From an uncultured Nitrososphaerales archaeon (lineage in GTDB: Archaea; Thermoproteota; Nitrososphaeria; Nitrososphaerales; Nitrososphaeraceae), in assembly GCA_963695855.1 (NCBI GenBank), contig CAVOHZ010000010.1:448001-512000 (forward strand): a DNA stretch of 64,000 nucleotides. Direction: 5' to 3'. The position numbers and the translations under genes were made by a program. A model generated the notes under the pieces. The model was given only the letters and a program-made list of their open reading frames with translations, did not search any database and was not told the DNA's origin. Numbering within the stretch: the first letter of the stretch is position 1; every line of letters starts with the position of its first letter. This document shows positions 51,709-63,621 of the stretch, one piece after another.

Positions 51709-54700
51709 ATGGTTTTTATTAAAAGAATTGAAATTTATGGATTTAAATCATTTGGATTTAAGAATACTATTATCAATTTTAATAATGGTCTAGTAGCGTT
51801 TACGGGACCTAATGGCTCTGGAAAAAGTAATGTTTTGGATGCAATAATGTTTTCACTGGGTGAAAATAGTCCTAAATCCTTGCGCGTTGACAAGTTTCAA
51901 TCTCTGTTCCATGATACTCAAAATAAAGGTCACAGGCTTATTAGAGTAAGTGTTATCTTTGATAACAAAGATAGAGGTATTCCAATTAATTCTGATCATG
52001 TAACATTAACAAGAGAAATGGAAGGTTCTGTTGGAGATAGTCAATATTTTTTGAATGGAAAAAAGGTTGCTAAATCCACGATCACCGAATTACTCCAGAT
52101 AGTTGTAGCGGTTCCAAATAGGTTAAACATTGTACAGCAGGGAATGATTACCAGAATATCAGAATTGAATTCAGATGAGAGAAGGAAAATTATTGAAGAT
52201 ATTGTAGGATTGTCATACTTTGACGAAAAAAAAGAAGAATCTTTAACACAACTTGAAGAATCTGACAGAAGACTAGACATTGCGTTGGCACGTATAGGTG
52301 AGATTAGAAAAAGAATTGATGATTTAGAGATAGAAAGGAATGAACAATTACGATTTGAACACATAGAAACAGATATTAAAAAATACAAGGCAATAAAAAT
52401 ATCAAATGAGATAAAAAGACTAGAAAATACAGTTTCAACAAATGATTTAGAATTAGATAAAAAAAATAGCAAGTCAACTGAATTATCTTTGAATCTCAAG
52501 GAATTAAGAGAAGAAATTGAAAAACTGGATGTTGAGAAAATTGCGTTCATAAAAGAAGTAGATACAAGGAATAAACAAAAAGCAGAAGTTAGCAATAAAA
52601 TTTCATTAATTGTCTATGAAGTAGAAAAATTGAAGGCCATTTATAAACAGACAGTATCAAGAATAGCAGAAATCAAAAACAGATTAAAATCGATAGATGG
52701 AACATTTGAAGATATTGATAAAAAAATAGATCATATTGAGGAGATAGTTAATTTAGCTGAAATTAATATAGAGAAACTATATGATGAAAAGAACTACAAT
52801 ATTAATCTACTAAAAACAATTGATCAAAACATCGTAATTGAAAACAATAAAAATGCAGAGATAAATTCGTTAAAATCAAAATTAGAAAATAGGAATTCCA
52901 AATTAATAAATTTATATAATAATCTTGAAAGACTTATTGTGACTAATCAAGAGAAATTACAAATAAAAACCCACCATGTTAATGAAATTCATAATAAAAT
53001 AAATATACTTAATTCCAACATCTCTAATTCCGTGTCCCAAATTTCATATCACAAAAATAAACTTAAGACGCAACTAAAAGAAAGAGACACCATAGCTATA
53101 TCGATATCAAATTTGCAGGATAAGATAGAAAAATATGCAACAGAATTAGAAAATTCAAGAACAACGTTAGATGAATCCGATCAAGATTCCTTAAAATTTC
53201 AGGAAAAGAATGCGATTTTAGCCAATTCGATGGCGGAAGATTTCACCATCTCAGAGATATTAAAGAATAAGAATCTAGATACAATAGGAGTTGTACATGA
53301 CCTTATAAAATGGGATAAAAATTATCATAGAAGTGTAATAGCCGCAGGATCTGAATGGATGAAAGCCATAGTTGTAAAAGATGCGGGAAGCATGATAAAA
53401 ATAGCAGAATTTGCAAAATCAAGGAAATTGCCTCGAGCCAAAATCATTCCGCTCGATCTAATAAAGTCTTCTGATAAGCTGATACTAAAGGAAGACAATA
53501 TAGGCATAATAGGTCATCTTTCCAATTTTGTTACCTCAGATTTCAAAGTATTGGTGGAATTTTTATTTGGAAACACAATTGTTGTTCGAACAGCAAAAGA
53601 TGCATATACTTTATCTATAAATGGATATAAAACTGTATCCATAGATGGCGAATTATTTGGGACTAGATCAAGATCTTTATTGATAGACTATAATTCTAAA
53701 ATAATCGATGTGGTAAAAGAATTAAATCTGGATAACGATATAAAGACCCTTAGAAATTTAATTCTTAACCTTAAAAAATTCTTAGACAATAAAATCCTAA
53801 AATTAAGGAAGGCGGTCAAGCATGCTAGCGAAATGGAAACTACGAAGATTAAACTGGACAATTCCATAAACCATCACAAAGAAATGCTCAAATTCCATGA
53901 AAATCATCTTTATGAACTAGAAAATGATTTAGATCAACAAATAAACTCAAAAAAGTTAGTCGAAACGGAGACAAATTCGATTGCAGAAAAAATTTACAAG
54001 AATGAAATTAGGTTTGGAATCGTATCCAACACTAAAAACAAATTACAAAATATATTATCAGAAATCGAAGTAAAATATAATGGCTATGAATTAGATAGTC
54101 TAAATATAAGGAGGACCAATCTTCAAACCATTATCGATTCGAAAAACTACGAAATACAGGATCTGACAATAAAAACGACCTCCCAACGAAATGCCAGAGA
54201 ACTACATTCTGACCGTAAATCTATATTAGAAGAAGAGAAGATAAATCTGGAAAAAGAATTAGAAGATAAAGAATCAAGAATTAATATAGATAAGGAAATA
54301 ATCGAAAACAAAGAGACTGATTTGAAGACACTAAGAGATCAAGAACAGGAAATAATAAATGCTTCAGGAAATTCGTATTCAATTTTGCAAACTTATGAAG
54401 AAAAAATCAAATCGTTATTGGAAAATGAAAGAAGAGTTTCAAGGGAATACAACTCGTTTGAGAGAGAAATAGCATTATTAGATAAAGAAAATTCCAACCT
54501 AAGAGAACAACAAAGAAAATTAAATAATGATCTAATCTGGCTAGGATATAAACAGATTATTGAGGAAGATTATGACGTAGATGAATTAGTAACTGAATTA
54601 TCTGAGGAATACGATTCGTTAAAGAATAGAATAAATCTCAGAGCGAATGAAAGTTATATTCAAGTCATTGAAGGTTACAGAGGAATGTCTGAAAGGAAAA

Positions 54701-55242
54701 ATGACTTGGAAAAGGAACGTAATTCTATCATATTATTTATTGAAGAAATAAATAAAGAGAAGGAGAGTATGTTTATGGATGCGTTTCTTAAAATCAATCA
54801 AGATATCAATCACACATTTTCAACAGTCATAGGAGGAAACTCTTGGTTAGAAATTGAAAATCAAGAAGATATCTTTTCAGGGGGTGTTAGGTTGGTTGTT
54901 CAGTTCCCTGGAAAACCTAGGAGAGATTCTACGGCATTGTCAGGGGGAGAAAAAACAATGGCAGCTACAGTATTTCTTTTGGCATTACAATCTATAAAAC
55001 CATCACCATTCTATCTTATGGATGAAATTGATGCGCACTTGGATGCACAGAATACAGAGAGATTGTCAAGCATCTTATTTGAACGAGCTAGAAAAAATCA
55101 AATAATAATGGTAACATTGAAAGATTCAACAATTTCAAAAGTTGACCAAATTTATGGAGTTTATCCTAAAAACGGTGTATCTCAAATATTAAAATACAAA
55201 TATCCTGGAAAATCTTCCGGATCAACTGAGATTATAGCTTAA
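51709..55242 (+). CDS. smc: Chromosome segregation protein SMC
   Basis: GPNGSGKSN, coiled coils, hinge, LSGGEK, DEIDAHLD. Confidence 0.96.
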   Translation: MVFIKRIEIYGFKSFGFKNTIINFNNGLVAFTGPNGSGKSNVLDAIMFSLGENSPKSLRVDKFQSLFHDTQNKGHRLIRVSVIFDNKDRGIPINSDHVTLTREMEGSVGDSQYFLNGKKVAKSTITELLQIVVAVPNRLNIVQQGMITRISELNSDERRKIIEDIVGLSYFDEKKEESLTQLEESDRRLDIALARIGEIRKRIDDLEIERNEQLRFEHIETDIKKYKAIKISNEIKRLENTVSTNDLELDKKNSKSTELSLNLKELREEIEKLDVEKIAFIKEVDTRNKQKAEVSNKISLIVYEVEKLKAIYKQTVSRIAEIKNRLKSIDGTFEDIDKKIDHIEEIVNLAEINIEKLYDEKNYNINLLKTIDQNIVIENNKNAEINSLKSKLENRNSKLINLYNNLERLIVTNQEKLQIKTHHVNEIHNKINILNSNISNSVSQISYHKNKLKTQLKERDTIAISISNLQDKIEKYATELENSRTTLDESDQDSLKFQEKNAILANSMAEDFTISEILKNKNLDTIGVVHDLIKWDKNYHRSVIAAGSEWMKAIVVKDAGSMIKIAEFAKSRKLPRAKIIPLDLIKSSDKLILKEDNIGIIGHLSNFVTSDFKVLVEFLFGNTIVVRTAKDAYTLSINGYKTVSIDGELFGTRSRSLLIDYNSKIIDVVKELNLDNDIKTLRNLILNLKKFLDNKILKLRKAVKHASEMETTKIKLDNSINHHKEMLKFHENHLYELENDLDQQINSKKLVETETNSIAEKIYKNEIRFGIVSNTKNKLQNILSEIEVKYNGYELDSLNIRRTNLQTIIDSKNYEIQDLTIKTTSQRNARELHSDRKSILEEEKINLEKELEDKESRINIDKEIIENKETDLKTLRDQEQEIINASGNSYSILQTYEEKIKSLLENERRVSREYNSFEREIALLDKENSNLREQQRKLNNDLIWLGYKQIIEEDYDVDELVTELSEEYDSLKNRINLRANESYIQVIEGYRGMSERKNDLEKERNSIILFIEEINKEKESMFMDAFLKINQDINHTFSTVIGGNSWLEIENQEDIFSGGVRLVVQFPGKPRRDSTALSGGEKTMAATVFLLALQSIKPSPFYLMDEIDAHLDAQNTERLSSILFERARKNQIIMVTLKDSTISKVDQIYGVYPKNGVSQILKYKYPGKSSGSTEIIA

Positions 55243-55305
55243 AAACTAAACAATATTATAACAAAAATAGTGTAAAAAATATAACAGAACAGAAATTTAT
55301 AGAAA

Positions 55306-56292
55306 TTAAGGCTTGTAATTGAAACAACGAACGTGATGATCTTTTTCTTCCATCGTCAGATCCGGTTCAACATCGTTGCATTTATCTATAGAATAGATAC
55401 ATTTATTAAAAAATTTGCATCCTTTCGAAATGTGTGATTGATCATATTCATTCTTGATCATGATCTCTTTATCTTCAATATCACTTAATTTTGGGATAGC
55501 AGATATTAAGGCTTTGGTATATGGATGAAGAGGATTTGTAATCACTTTCTCAATATCACCATATTCAATTATTTGTCCTTTGTATAAGATCATAATGTTG
55601 TCCCCTACTATTCTCGAAGTTGAAAGATCGTGAGTTATATACAGAAATGATATTTTCTCTTCCTCCTTCAACCTTCTCATTAATTCTAGAATTTGGAATC
55701 TTATAGAAACATCTAGCATTGAAACAGGTTCATCTGCAATTATAAGTTTTGGTTGCAATACCAAAGATCTCGCAAAACTTACTCGTTGTCTTTGTCCTCC
55801 AGAAAGCATATGTGGATATTTGTTAGAGATTTCCTCTAAAGGTTCGAGATTAACTTTTTTTAGTGCAGAAAATATTATTTCTCGAGTTTCATGTTTCTTT
55901 AATGATTTTTTGTGTATTTCTAATGGTTCCTTAATAATATCAAATACCTTCATTCTAGGATCAAGGGAGGAATAGGGATCTTGTAGTATCATTTGCATCT
56001 TTCTTCTCAACCTTAGTAATTCTTTGCCTTTTAAATTCGAGATATCTTCATTATCAAAAATGATTTTTCCTGAATCCTGATCTATAGATTTCATTATCAA
56101 TCGAGCTAAAGTGGTCTTGCCTGAACCTGATTCACCTGCAACTACAAGTATTTCACCAATATCAAGTTGAAAATTTACGTTATCTATGACCTTGACGACA
56201 TTTTTTTTTCTGAAACCAAATGATCTTACCAAATCTTGGTTACTAGGAAATGACTTATATAGATTAACAACATTTAGTAGATGGTTTTTCAA
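55306..56292 (-). CDS. Oligopeptide/dipeptide ABC transporter ATPase
   Basis: GESGSGKT, LSGGQRQR, DEP, HPYT, C-terminal Cys cluster. Confidence 0.93.
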   Translation of the reverse strand: MKNHLLNVVNLYKSFPSNQDLVRSFGFRKKNVVKVIDNVNFQLDIGEILVVAGESGSGKTTLARLIMKSIDQDSGKIIFDNEDISNLKGKELLRLRRKMQMILQDPYSSLDPRMKVFDIIKEPLEIHKKSLKKHETREIIFSALKKVNLEPLEEISNKYPHMLSGGQRQRVSFARSLVLQPKLIIADEPVSMLDVSIRFQILELMRRLKEEEKISFLYITHDLSTSRIVGDNIMILYKGQIIEYGDIEKVITNPLHPYTKALISAIPKLSDIEDKEIMIKNEYDQSHISKGCKFFNKCIYSIDKCNDVEPDLTMEEKDHHVRCFNYKP

Positions 56293-56367
56293 CGCGAGTC
56301 ACAAAATTTTGTTCTTCTTTGTTTTAAATAAAAAAAAATGCAAAATAAAATAAAATAGAAAGAAATA

Positions 56368-57888
56368 TTATTTTGTTTGGTTCTTGTTAATTCTGAATAT
56401 TCTATCAAAATAGTCCGATTGTTCCTGACTTAAATCTTCTGCTTCTGTTTCAGGAATATTTGCTAGACGCCTTGCTAGTTTTTTCTTGTAACCTAATTGC
56501 ATCTGTCTAGCGATTTGAATACGTTGCGCTTGTGGTGAACCCGCACCATGCATAGATTCTGTAAGGTAACCAACTGCATTTCTTCCTAGTGTCATATTCT
56601 CTATTAATCTTAGTACCCGAACCCTATTTTCAGTGGGGATACCCTTTCTTCCCTTAAGATATTTTTCTAAGAGAGGTCCAGTTTCTGGATTTCTAAACTC
56701 TTTTTCAGAAGGCATTGTTACAACTAATCCTCCTGCAATATCTTGAGCCAGTCTCCCAATCTCATAGGGGAAACGAGTAACGTTGTGTTTGCATACGTTT
56801 GCAAGCATATCATCATTCTGAAAATTGCCAGACTTTGTTTTGTATGACTGATAAGACGATGCTAATCCTGCACCAAATATTGTCTCGTTAAGATGCGTCA
56901 TTTCAACTAATTTGTCTTTAATATGAGATACATTTGAAACGCCATTATAATCAGCGATTGATGCTGCTGCACCTATAAGCACGTCACCAAGACCAGTCTT
57001 ACAAACATAGCTCCTTCTGTGGTAACAAGTAAACCTTTCAACCAACATTGAAGCAAACTCATATTCACCATCCATAAAAATAAGATCGTTTGGAATAAAG
57101 ACATTGTCAAAAATCATCATAGCTTCCTGTCCTGAAAATTTGGCATTTCCAGAATCAATATCTCCCCCTTCCATGCTTCTAGTATCACATGATTGTCGTC
57201 CGTAGATATAGATAATACCCGGAGCATCTGCTGGTACAGCACCAACAATGGCATAATCTTTATCTTCGCTTCTAAGCCTCATCGTAGGCATCACCAAGAT
57301 CCAATGAGAATTAATGCATCCTGTCTGATGAGCCTTAGCACCTGATATATAAACACCTTTTTCATCCCGTTTTGCAATATGCACGAATAAATCCGGATCT
57401 TCTTGTTGTGATGGAGAGAGGCTTCTATCTCCCTTTACATCAGTCATAGCTCCTCCAATAACATGATTTTCTTGCTGAATTTTCTTTATGAATTCTTTTA
57501 ACCTTTGATGATATTGTGTATTATTCTTTGCATCAATTTCGAAAGTAGTAGAATAAAGAGAATTTAATGCATCCATACCTACACATCTTTGAAAACAAGT
57601 GCCTGTTAATTGTCCAAGTTTCCGTTGCATCTTATTCTGATTTACAAGATCTTGAGCATTTTCAGTTATGTGTAAAAATCTATTCACACGTAAACCAGAA
57701 AGTGAAGATTCAGCAGAAGCTAATTCTGGCTCTTCGTTAGGCAAATCATAAGTTTCTGCCACAGCATTGATCGAAGGGCGAATCATAGGATGGTCCACTG
57801 GTTCTTTGACTAATTCCCCAAAAAGATAGACCTTTAGATTTCGATTTCTCAAACTTTCTATATACTCGGCTCCGTTTCTAATAGGCAT
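56368..57888 (-). CDS. abfD: 4-hydroxybutyryl-CoA dehydratase (3HP/4HB carbon fixation cycle)
   Basis: CFQRC, YHRRSYVCK, ESMHGAGSPQAQ. Confidence 0.95.
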   Translation of the reverse strand: MPIRNGAEYIESLRNRNLKVYLFGELVKEPVDHPMIRPSINAVAETYDLPNEEPELASAESSLSGLRVNRFLHITENAQDLVNQNKMQRKLGQLTGTCFQRCVGMDALNSLYSTTFEIDAKNNTQYHQRLKEFIKKIQQENHVIGGAMTDVKGDRSLSPSQQEDPDLFVHIAKRDEKGVYISGAKAHQTGCINSHWILVMPTMRLRSEDKDYAIVGAVPADAPGIIYIYGRQSCDTRSMEGGDIDSGNAKFSGQEAMMIFDNVFIPNDLIFMDGEYEFASMLVERFTCYHRRSYVCKTGLGDVLIGAAASIADYNGVSNVSHIKDKLVEMTHLNETIFGAGLASSYQSYKTKSGNFQNDDMLANVCKHNVTRFPYEIGRLAQDIAGGLVVTMPSEKEFRNPETGPLLEKYLKGRKGIPTENRVRVLRLIENMTLGRNAVGYLTESMHGAGSPQAQRIQIARQMQLGYKKKLARRLANIPETEAEDLSQEQSDYFDRIFRINKNQTK

Positions 57889-58045
57889 ATTCTATTATCG
57901 TCTGAATGTTATTTATATATTATTGGTAGAGGGTATGCTAGCTTCTTTTTTTAGCCAATATACTAGGAAATTTAAGAAAAATATCAAATATTCTGGGAAT
58001 ATTAAACATATATTAATTTTCTGCGTCTTAAAATATCGTAACTAA

Positions 58046-58636
58046 ATGAAACTAGACGATTCAAGAAGAGATCAGTTTAGAAAAATGGCCAAATATCAAG
58101 GATATAGAAGCAGATCAGCATTCAAACTAAAGCAGATTAACAAAACACATCACATCCTAAAAAAAGGAAATACAGTAGTAGATGCTGGATGTGCTCCAGG
58201 GGGATGGATTCAGGTTGCAATGGAAGAGGTGGGAGAGAAAGGAAAGGTCATAGGGATAGATCTGAAAAAGATGGAATCGATATATGGTCCAATACTTATT
58301 CATGGCAGTATAGAGGATGAAAAAGTCATAGCACAAGTTAATCAATTGCTGGATAAGAAGGTAGATGTAATTCTATCAGACATTGCCCCCAATGTAAGCG
58401 GAAATTGGGAATTAGATCATGCAAGACAGATTTCATTGACAGAAAGTGTATTTGATTTGGCAAAAAAGATTTTAAAAAGAAATGGTACTGCAGTTTTCAA
58501 GGTATTCCAAGGAGATATGTTAAATGACCTAATCATCAGATTGAAAGAAAGATTTGAAAGAGTGATACTTACCAAACCTATTGCAAGTAGACAAGAAAGC
58601 AGTGAACTTTATCTGGTTTGTTTAAATTTTAGATAG
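58046..58636 (+). CDS. rlmE: 23S rRNA 2'-O-methyltransferase RlmE/FtsJ
   Basis: YRSRSAFKL, GCAPGGW, SDIAP, KVFQG, SSELY. Confidence 0.93.
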   Translation: MKLDDSRRDQFRKMAKYQGYRSRSAFKLKQINKTHHILKKGNTVVDAGCAPGGWIQVAMEEVGEKGKVIGIDLKKMESIYGPILIHGSIEDEKVIAQVNQLLDKKVDVILSDIAPNVSGNWELDHARQISLTESVFDLAKKILKRNGTAVFKVFQGDMLNDLIIRLKERFERVILTKPIASRQESSELYLVCLNFR

Positions 58637-58788
58637 CGAAAATGCATTGTTATAGTTAAGATATTTTGGACTGGTGTGTCATCTTAATGTAAATAGTTAC
58701 TGCTACAAAGACAATTTGACATTACATGAAGAAATTTAAATATTTTTAATATTAAATATAAATATACAAATATTTCAAGGAAAACATA

Positions 58789-59529
58789 TTGCTTGCTTCA
58801 AATTATGAAAGGGAAAAAAATGGAAAAAAATTTATTAAAATATCCAAATCAGAAAGAGAAGGATTTTACAAAATATTATTTTCACGAAGAGATGTTAGAT
58901 CACATTTTACAGATAAAAAAGATATTGCCCTTTCAACACTATTCAAGATATTAAATGCAGCCCATCATGCACCATCAGTTGGTTTCTCTCAACCATGGAA
59001 TTTCATCGTAATAAAAGATATCCAAACGAGGGAAAGGATAAGGAATTCGTTTTTTAAGGAGTATAAAAAATCAGTAGAAATGTTAGAGACAGATAAGAAA
59101 AGGAAGAAGAAATATCAATCTCTAAAACTAGAAGGAATTTTGGAATCTAATATAAACATCTGTATTACATATGATTCTACAAGGTTTGGACCATTTATAA
59201 TAGGAACAACTGCTATACCTGACACTGGAATATACAGTGTCTGCTGTGCAATTCAGAATCTCTGGTTGGCTGCAAGAGCAGAAGAAGTAGGGGTAGGATG
59301 GGTAAGCATTTTATCTAACAAGGATTTGAAAAAAATACTATCGATTCCAAGACATATAAAACCAATAGCTTATTTGTGTCTTGGATATGTTTCAGAATTT
59401 GTGGATAAGCCAGATCTAGAAAGATCAGGATGGCTACAAAGAATGAATCTAAAGGAACTTATTTTCTTAGAAAAATGGGGAAATGACTTGATTTCCCAAG
59501 AAAAGAGAAGTAAGGTAAATGAAGAATAG
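58789..59529 (+). CDS. bluB: 5,6-dimethylbenzimidazole synthase
   Basis: RRDVR, APSVGFSQPW, LKLEGI, CAIQNLWLAARAE. Confidence 0.92.
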   Translation: MLASNYEREKNGKKFIKISKSEREGFYKILFSRRDVRSHFTDKKDIALSTLFKILNAAHHAPSVGFSQPWNFIVIKDIQTRERIRNSFFKEYKKSVEMLETDKKRKKKYQSLKLEGILESNINICITYDSTRFGPFIIGTTAIPDTGIYSVCCAIQNLWLAARAEEVGVGWVSILSNKDLKKILSIPRHIKPIAYLCLGYVSEFVDKPDLERSGWLQRMNLKELIFLEKWGNDLISQEKRSKVNEE

Positions 59530-59573
59530 AAGTATAGAAATGATAATATTCTTCAAAGAGATTAAATAAAGCA

Positions 59574-59954
59574 ATGATTTTTAAAAAAATTTACCTATTG
59601 GCAATACCTACTGTAATTGCAATTATAATATTAATTTTCATGATTAATAATACAAGTTTAATTAATAAGAAAAAATTCGATCTAGCGATCGATGCACTGA
59701 AGGAAGAACAGTCACTATTTACGCATACTCGTGTAAAGATAACTAATATAGGAATCCAACCTCTTACAAATATAACAATAAATTATGGAAATAAAAGTGA
59801 GGTGATATCTATATTGGAACCAGGACAAAGTTATCCATTAAGTCCTCCTGCAGGCAGCGACCTTGAAAAGGTAAGAGTGACTACTAATGAGGGCATCAAC
59901 ATCACTCAGGCATACAGAACACCCATAAAAATGCCGGGAATGATGGGATCTTAG
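59574..59954 (+). CDS. Membrane-anchored hypothetical protein
   Basis: N-terminal TM; Ig-like strands; PIKMPGMMGS end. Confidence 0.7.
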   Translation: MIFKKIYLLAIPTVIAIIILIFMINNTSLINKKKFDLAIDALKEEQSLFTHTRVKITNIGIQPLTNITINYGNKSEVISILEPGQSYPLSPPAGSDLEKVRVTTNEGINITQAYRTPIKMPGMMGS

Positions 59955-59976
59955 ATTAATAGTTACAAAATTTGTT

Positions 59977-60501
59977 TTATTTTTGAATATGATCAAGATA
60001 TCCTTTCCATCCAATTCTTTCTAATTTTTCGAGTTTGTAGTGTACTTCCTTGTTCAGATGAAGTTTGTACTTCTCAATCTTGGTGGATATAGTCGGTGAT
60101 TCGATAGCTAGAATCTGACATGCTAAAATAGCTGCATTCTTTGCACCATTAATAGCTACGGTAGCAACAGGAATTCCGGATGGCATCTGAACAATTGACA
60201 ATAGAGAATCTAAACCATTTAAACTTGAGCTATTAATAGGAACTCCTATAACTGGAATGGTGGACAACGAAGCCACCATTCCTGGCAGATGAGCTGCACC
60301 TCCAGCCCCTGCAATGATCACTTTTATTCCTCTTTTCTTCGCATTAAGTGAATATTTCATCAATCTAACAGGTGTTCTATGAGCTGAAACTATTGTCACC
60401 TCATACGGAATATCAAAATACTCTAGCATTTCTGCGGCCTCCTTCATTACTTTCAAATCAGAATCACTACCCATAATTATGGCAACGTGCGATTTAGTCA
60501 A
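59977..60501 (-). CDS. purE: N5-CAIR mutase
   Basis: [24 protein letters not shown]. Confidence 0.96.
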   Translation of the reverse strand: MTKSHVAIIMGSDSDLKVMKEAAEMLEYFDIPYEVTIVSAHRTPVRLMKYSLNAKKRGIKVIIAGAGGAAHLPGMVASLSTIPVIGVPINSSSLNGLDSLLSIVQMPSGIPVATVAINGAKNAAILACQILAIESPTISTKIEKYKLHLNKEVHYKLEKLERIGWKGYLDHIQK

Positions 60502-60511
60502 CTGTATATAA

Positions 60512-61687
60512 TTATGAATCTGTTATGATATCTATTGAATTTTTTGCTTCATTTGCCCTTTTTAATGCCTCATCAACGGAATTAGCTAGTGCAATAATGT
60601 GACCTAGCTTTCTCTTGGGTTTGGTAGTTTTTTTACCATATATATGGATCTTGACGCCAGGAATGGAAAGTAGTTTTGTCAATCCTGTTACTTTATAATT
60701 GCCAGATAAATCGCTAGGTCCTAAAATATTCTTCATAACTACAGGTTTAAGTAACTCCGGTCTTGCTAAAGGCATGTTCAATATGCAGCGTATGTGTTGT
60801 TCAAATTGGGATACGGGACATGCTTCAACTGTATAATGACCGGAATTATGAGGTCTTGGAGCAATCTCATTAATCAAAATTTCATCATTCTTTGACACAA
60901 ACATTTCTATTCCAAACAGACCTACATCATCCAAACAGTTTACGACTCTTTCTGCAATCTTTCTGGCATTCTCTTCAGATGTAGATGAAATTCTTGCAGG
61001 AACAATTGTCGTATCTAAAATATTATCTCTGTGGATATTTTCTGCTACAGGAAACGATGTAGTTTGACCAGATTTATTTCTAGCGACAATTATAGAGATC
61101 TCATTTGTAAAATCAACAAATTTTTCTGAAAATATGTCTTTACCTAGAAAGTACGACAATCCATTCTGAATTTCATTTGCAGAAGAAATTAGCAGGTTGC
61201 CATGACCATCGTAAGAATCTTCCGAGGCTTTTAACATTATGGGTAACCCAAATTTCTCTATACATAACAACAAATCATCATTAGAATCTATTTTGTAAAA
61301 ATCTGTTGTGGGAAGATTATTTTTCCTTAGAAAAGTTTTTTGCCTAAATTTATTTTGAATAATTTTTAATGTATGCGGAGATGGAAATATCGGATAATTT
61401 TTAGATTCAAGGTTTTTTAGTGCGCTCGAATTTGCCAATTCGATTTCATATGTTATAAGATCACAATTATTAGCCAGTTCATAGATTTTCTCCTCATCCT
61501 TAAAATCAGCTACAATAAGTTTATCGCAAATAGCAGAGGCAGGACAATCAATACTTGGATCAAGAATAATAACTTCGAGTGACATCCTTTTAGCTTCCTG
61601 GGCAATCATTTTACCTAATTGTCCACCACCTATAATCCCTATAGCAGGTGGATTACTTACTGATAATTCATTCAAAAGATTGGTCAT
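60512..61687 (-). CDS. purK: N5-CAIR synthetase
   Basis: [26 protein letters not shown]. Confidence 0.95.
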   Translation of the reverse strand: MTNLLNELSVSNPPAIGIIGGGQLGKMIAQEAKRMSLEVIILDPSIDCPASAICDKLIVADFKDEEKIYELANNCDLITYEIELANSSALKNLESKNYPIFPSPHTLKIIQNKFRQKTFLRKNNLPTTDFYKIDSNDDLLLCIEKFGLPIMLKASEDSYDGHGNLLISSANEIQNGLSYFLGKDIFSEKFVDFTNEISIIVARNKSGQTTSFPVAENIHRDNILDTTIVPARISSTSEENARKIAERVVNCLDDVGLFGIEMFVSKNDEILINEIAPRPHNSGHYTVEACPVSQFEQHIRCILNMPLARPELLKPVVMKNILGPSDLSGNYKVTGLTKLLSIPGVKIHIYGKKTTKPKRKLGHIIALANSVDEALKRANEAKNSIDIITDS

Positions 61688-61904
61688 GAAGATAATAATT
61701 TTGATGACAACAAAGGTGTTAAAAATGTAATCTGTAATTCAAGGAACTATTTTATATCGAAATCACAAATTTAGAAAAGTCTAACAAATGAGTTATATTG
61801 TATTGAAGGAAATTATAGTAAGTATATTCCTTATGAAATTTCTAATATTAAGTATTAGAATAATTTTCATAATGTTTAATTAGAACAAGTTTCTATAATA
61901 ATGT

Positions 61905-62072
61905 GTGATAAAAGTTACCCATCAGAATCGATACGTTCAATCTTTTAGGGATGAGAGAAACAATCACAAGGAATGTTCGAGCTGCGATGGAAATGGCTGG
62001 ATATATGAATTTTATAATGATCCAGTTTCATGGAGATCATGTCCGGACTGTAGCTCAGAAAGTCAGAAATAG
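61905..62072 (+). CDS. 55-aa DnaJ-type zinc-finger micro-protein (not in ORF track)
   Basis: CSSCDGNG..CPDC; GTG start. Confidence 0.55.
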   Translation: MIKVTHQNRYVQSFRDERNNHKECSSCDGNGWIYEFYNDPVSWRSCPDCSSESQK

Positions 62073-62160
62073 GAATTTCTTAAAAAATCTTATTTTTTCT
62101 TGAAAATATGTGCAGGAATTCTAAAGAAATATTTAACAATCATTAATTCAAAACAATATC

Positions 62161-62358
62161 ATGTTAAGGAAAGAAGAAGCTATTAGAAAATGGTTTCCGA
62201 TTGCAGCAATTGTTGCTGGAGTATCTTTTGTCATCACTTTCTTACTTAATCTACCTATTGAAAGAGTGATAGCTGCTACAGCCTTGGCAGGAATTATGGT
62301 ATTTAGTGGATTTTTCTTCAGATCATTTGGAAGGGATCAGAAAGACTACAAACAGTAA
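62161..62358 (+). CDS. Small two-TM protein
   Basis: Two hydrophobic helices. Confidence 0.65.
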   Translation: MLRKEEAIRKWFPIAAIVAGVSFVITFLLNLPIERVIAATALAGIMVFSGFFFRSFGRDQKDYKQ

Positions 62359-62485
62359 AAAAGCACTAAACTCGTTAATGCAGTAAAATGCTAATATTTA
62401 AAAATTATGAAAAAATTTTATCTATTAATTTGAAAAAATTGAGTATCAGACTATTTTAATTTGTATAAATATTCTATAATATCCG

Positions 62486-62926
62486 ATGGTTAAATTTTCA
62501 AATCAACTTTATTCCATTTTATTCTTTGTGGCGATGAGTATTTTAACATTAATCATAGTGCAGACAGTCTACTCCTTCATAAAAAACGACATACAGATGC
62601 CTAAATTTGTTATATCAATCATAATGGAATTTATCTTCGTTTTTGTAATAATAAAAGTATACGACGAGATAGGATGTAAATGGGAGAACATCAAAGTGGT
62701 ACCAATTGCAAAAAAACACAAAGAAGAGGTACAACCTACAGTTCAAAATAACTATTATTACGGTAATTCGCCAAAGTTTAATGTGACCAGATTTTGTCCT
62801 AATTGTGGTATCACCGTTATAAAACACATTCCCCAATCTGACCTAGAAAAGTATGAAGCCATACCTAGATTCTGCAGAAACTGCGGATCGCTAATTAATG
62901 AAACAAGAATTCGTAGTAATAAATAA
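62486..62926 (+). CDS. Membrane protein with a C-terminal zinc ribbon
   Basis: Two TM; FCPNCG and FCRNCG. Confidence 0.7.
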   Translation: MVKFSNQLYSILFFVAMSILTLIIVQTVYSFIKNDIQMPKFVISIIMEFIFVFVIIKVYDEIGCKWENIKVVPIAKKHKEEVQPTVQNNYYYGNSPKFNVTRFCPNCGITVIKHIPQSDLEKYEAIPRFCRNCGSLINETRIRSNK

Positions 62927-62986
62927 AGTCAATATACAAAATAGATAAATCCTAAAAACAATCTTAAATAAACTGAGAACTAGATA

Positions 62987-63538
62987 TTGAAAATAAAAAA
63001 TTTTAACAGTAAATTAACACTGAAAATCATAGTAGCAGTAACAGTACTTTTAGGTTTTATAGCATATAATGTGAATGAAACAATATTTGTTTATGTTCTC
63101 TCAGAAACCGCGGAAGAAATTCACAATGCTATAATGAGTAAAAATGTTTTGGACACCCAATATTTGAAGGGGATAGCAGAGATAGGAGGGTTCATAATTA
63201 ATACAGATATTGCATTGACAGATAAGCAGAAACAAGATGGACTATCAATAAGGAACAATATGCAAGAAAACGAAGGAATGATATTTGTTTTCAAAGAACC
63301 GAAACAACAAAGTTTTTGGATGAAAGGTATGAAATTTCCAATCGATATCATATGGTTGGATGCCAATCTATCTATAGTGCATATTGAGAAAAGTTTACAG
63401 CCCTGTGAATCATTTATATCTTGTCCTTCATATAGTCCATCATCTAATGCACTATTTGTTCTAGAAACAGTTTCAGGATTTGCAGATAGTCATGACCTTA
63501 AAATAGGTAAGAAAATAAATTTCAAATTATTAGAATAG
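62987..63538 (+). CDS. DUF192-family protein
   Basis: GMIFVF, FWMKGMKFPIDIIW, VLE. Confidence 0.88.
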   Translation: MKIKNFNSKLTLKIIVAVTVLLGFIAYNVNETIFVYVLSETAEEIHNAIMSKNVLDTQYLKGIAEIGGFIINTDIALTDKQKQDGLSIRNNMQENEGMIFVFKEPKQQSFWMKGMKFPIDIIWLDANLSIVHIEKSLQPCESFISCPSYSPSSNALFVLETVSGFADSHDLKIGKKINFKLLE

Positions 63539-63621
63539 ACCATATCCTTAATAAAATATAATTTGCTACTTTTATAAAATTAACAGTGTACGTGAAAATT
63601 AGAATTTATCTAAATTTCTGA

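Noticed and set aside
51709-55242. SMC plus the TOPRIM protein as a Wadjet system
   Set aside because: Canonical hinge-containing chromosomal SMC 23 kb away; no JetA/JetB
4068-63366. Antisense and overlapping ORFs in the track (e.g. 4068, 10887, 13078, 29591, 31442, 36358, 52041, 63121)
   Set aside because: Shadows of well-supported genes on another frame or strand
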